52,817 nt of DNA from an uncultured Alphaproteobacteria bacterium (GTDB lineage Bacteria; Pseudomonadota; Alphaproteobacteria; JAJFIK01), in assembly GCA_964474635.1 (NCBI GenBank), contig CAYYTT010000005.1, positions 1 through 52,817 of the forward strand, given 5' to 3'. This document shows positions 52,775 through 52,817 of the stretch, in pieces. The position numbers were made by a program, and so were the translations under genes. How positions within the stretch are numbered: position 1 is the stretch's first letter; every line of letters starts with the position of its first letter. The notes beneath the pieces were generated by a model. The model was not told the origin of the DNA. It did no database searches and saw only the letters and a list, made by a program, of their open reading frames with translations.

Positions 52775-52817
52775 GGCGCCACTGGACGCCGCCACTAGAC
52801 GCCGCCACTAGACGCCG
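52775..52817. repeat. 13-bp tandem repeat (GCCGCCACTAGAC-type), at least 3.3 copies, truncated by the window end
   Basis: ggcgccactggac | gccgccactagac | gccgccactagac | gccg, read directly. Confidence 0.8.

Overview
High-GC (roughly 65% by eye) chromosomal segment, probably alphaproteobacterial. That origin is inferred from gene content: a PTA-fused NADP-malic enzyme, an LdtR-like MarR, a TorF-like porin and a spinster-type MFS. All family calls rest on motif recognition in the supplied translations; no searches were run.

I can support 35 protein-coding genes. I recognised no rRNA, tRNA, CRISPR array, transposase or integrase.

Layout:
- 1-16.4 kb: housekeeping and catabolic genes. These are an M16 peptidase tail, maiA, a MOSC protein, a methyltransferase plus an odd beta-solenoid membrane protein, maeB, an M1 aminopeptidase lipoprotein, an Stf0 sulfotransferase, an HCCA-isomerase-like DsbA protein, a TTC38-like TPR protein, alkaline phosphatase, mmsB and a DUF2799 lipoprotein.
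- 16.6-20.1 kb: a 1152-aa GH9 endoglucanase carrying four CBM2-like and two Calx-beta-like modules, with no N-terminal signal peptide.
- 20.2-24.1 kb (minus strand): an LbH protein, a Kelch protein and mgtE.
- 24.7-29.8 kb: a tightly coupled three-gene operon that I cannot assign to any named system. It encodes a protein with a DUF559/Vsr-like nuclease domain, a double winged-helix protein, and a 1111-aa protein with two P-loop modules (the C-terminal one HerA/FtsK-like). I consider it the best candidate for a novel nuclease plus translocase defence-type module.
- 29.8-32.2 kb: a MarR gene, then a TIR-TM-Sel1-repeat protein.
- 32.5-38.4 kb: an exopolysaccharide export cluster with a TagA-like glycosyltransferase, a Wzc-like tyrosine kinase, a Wzy/O-antigen-ligase-like protein and a Wza-like protein.
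- 38.8-42.1 kb: a proline-rich anchored protein with a Cys-rich C-terminus and a TorF-like porin.
- 42.1-52.8 kb: a PepSY-TM protein, a sortilin/BNR protein, an MFS transporter, a GST-like protein, an amidohydrolase, a beta-lactamase-fold hydrolase and a TetR regulator.

Non-coding structure worth noting:
- A dispersed terminator-like element built around GTTCAAACGG, with two clear copies and one weak copy.
- A long inverted repeat in a low-GC spacer.
- 13-bp tandem repeats upstream of phoA.
- An in-frame 4 x 18-bp repeat inside the phoA signal peptide.
- A 13-bp tandem repeat cut by the window end.
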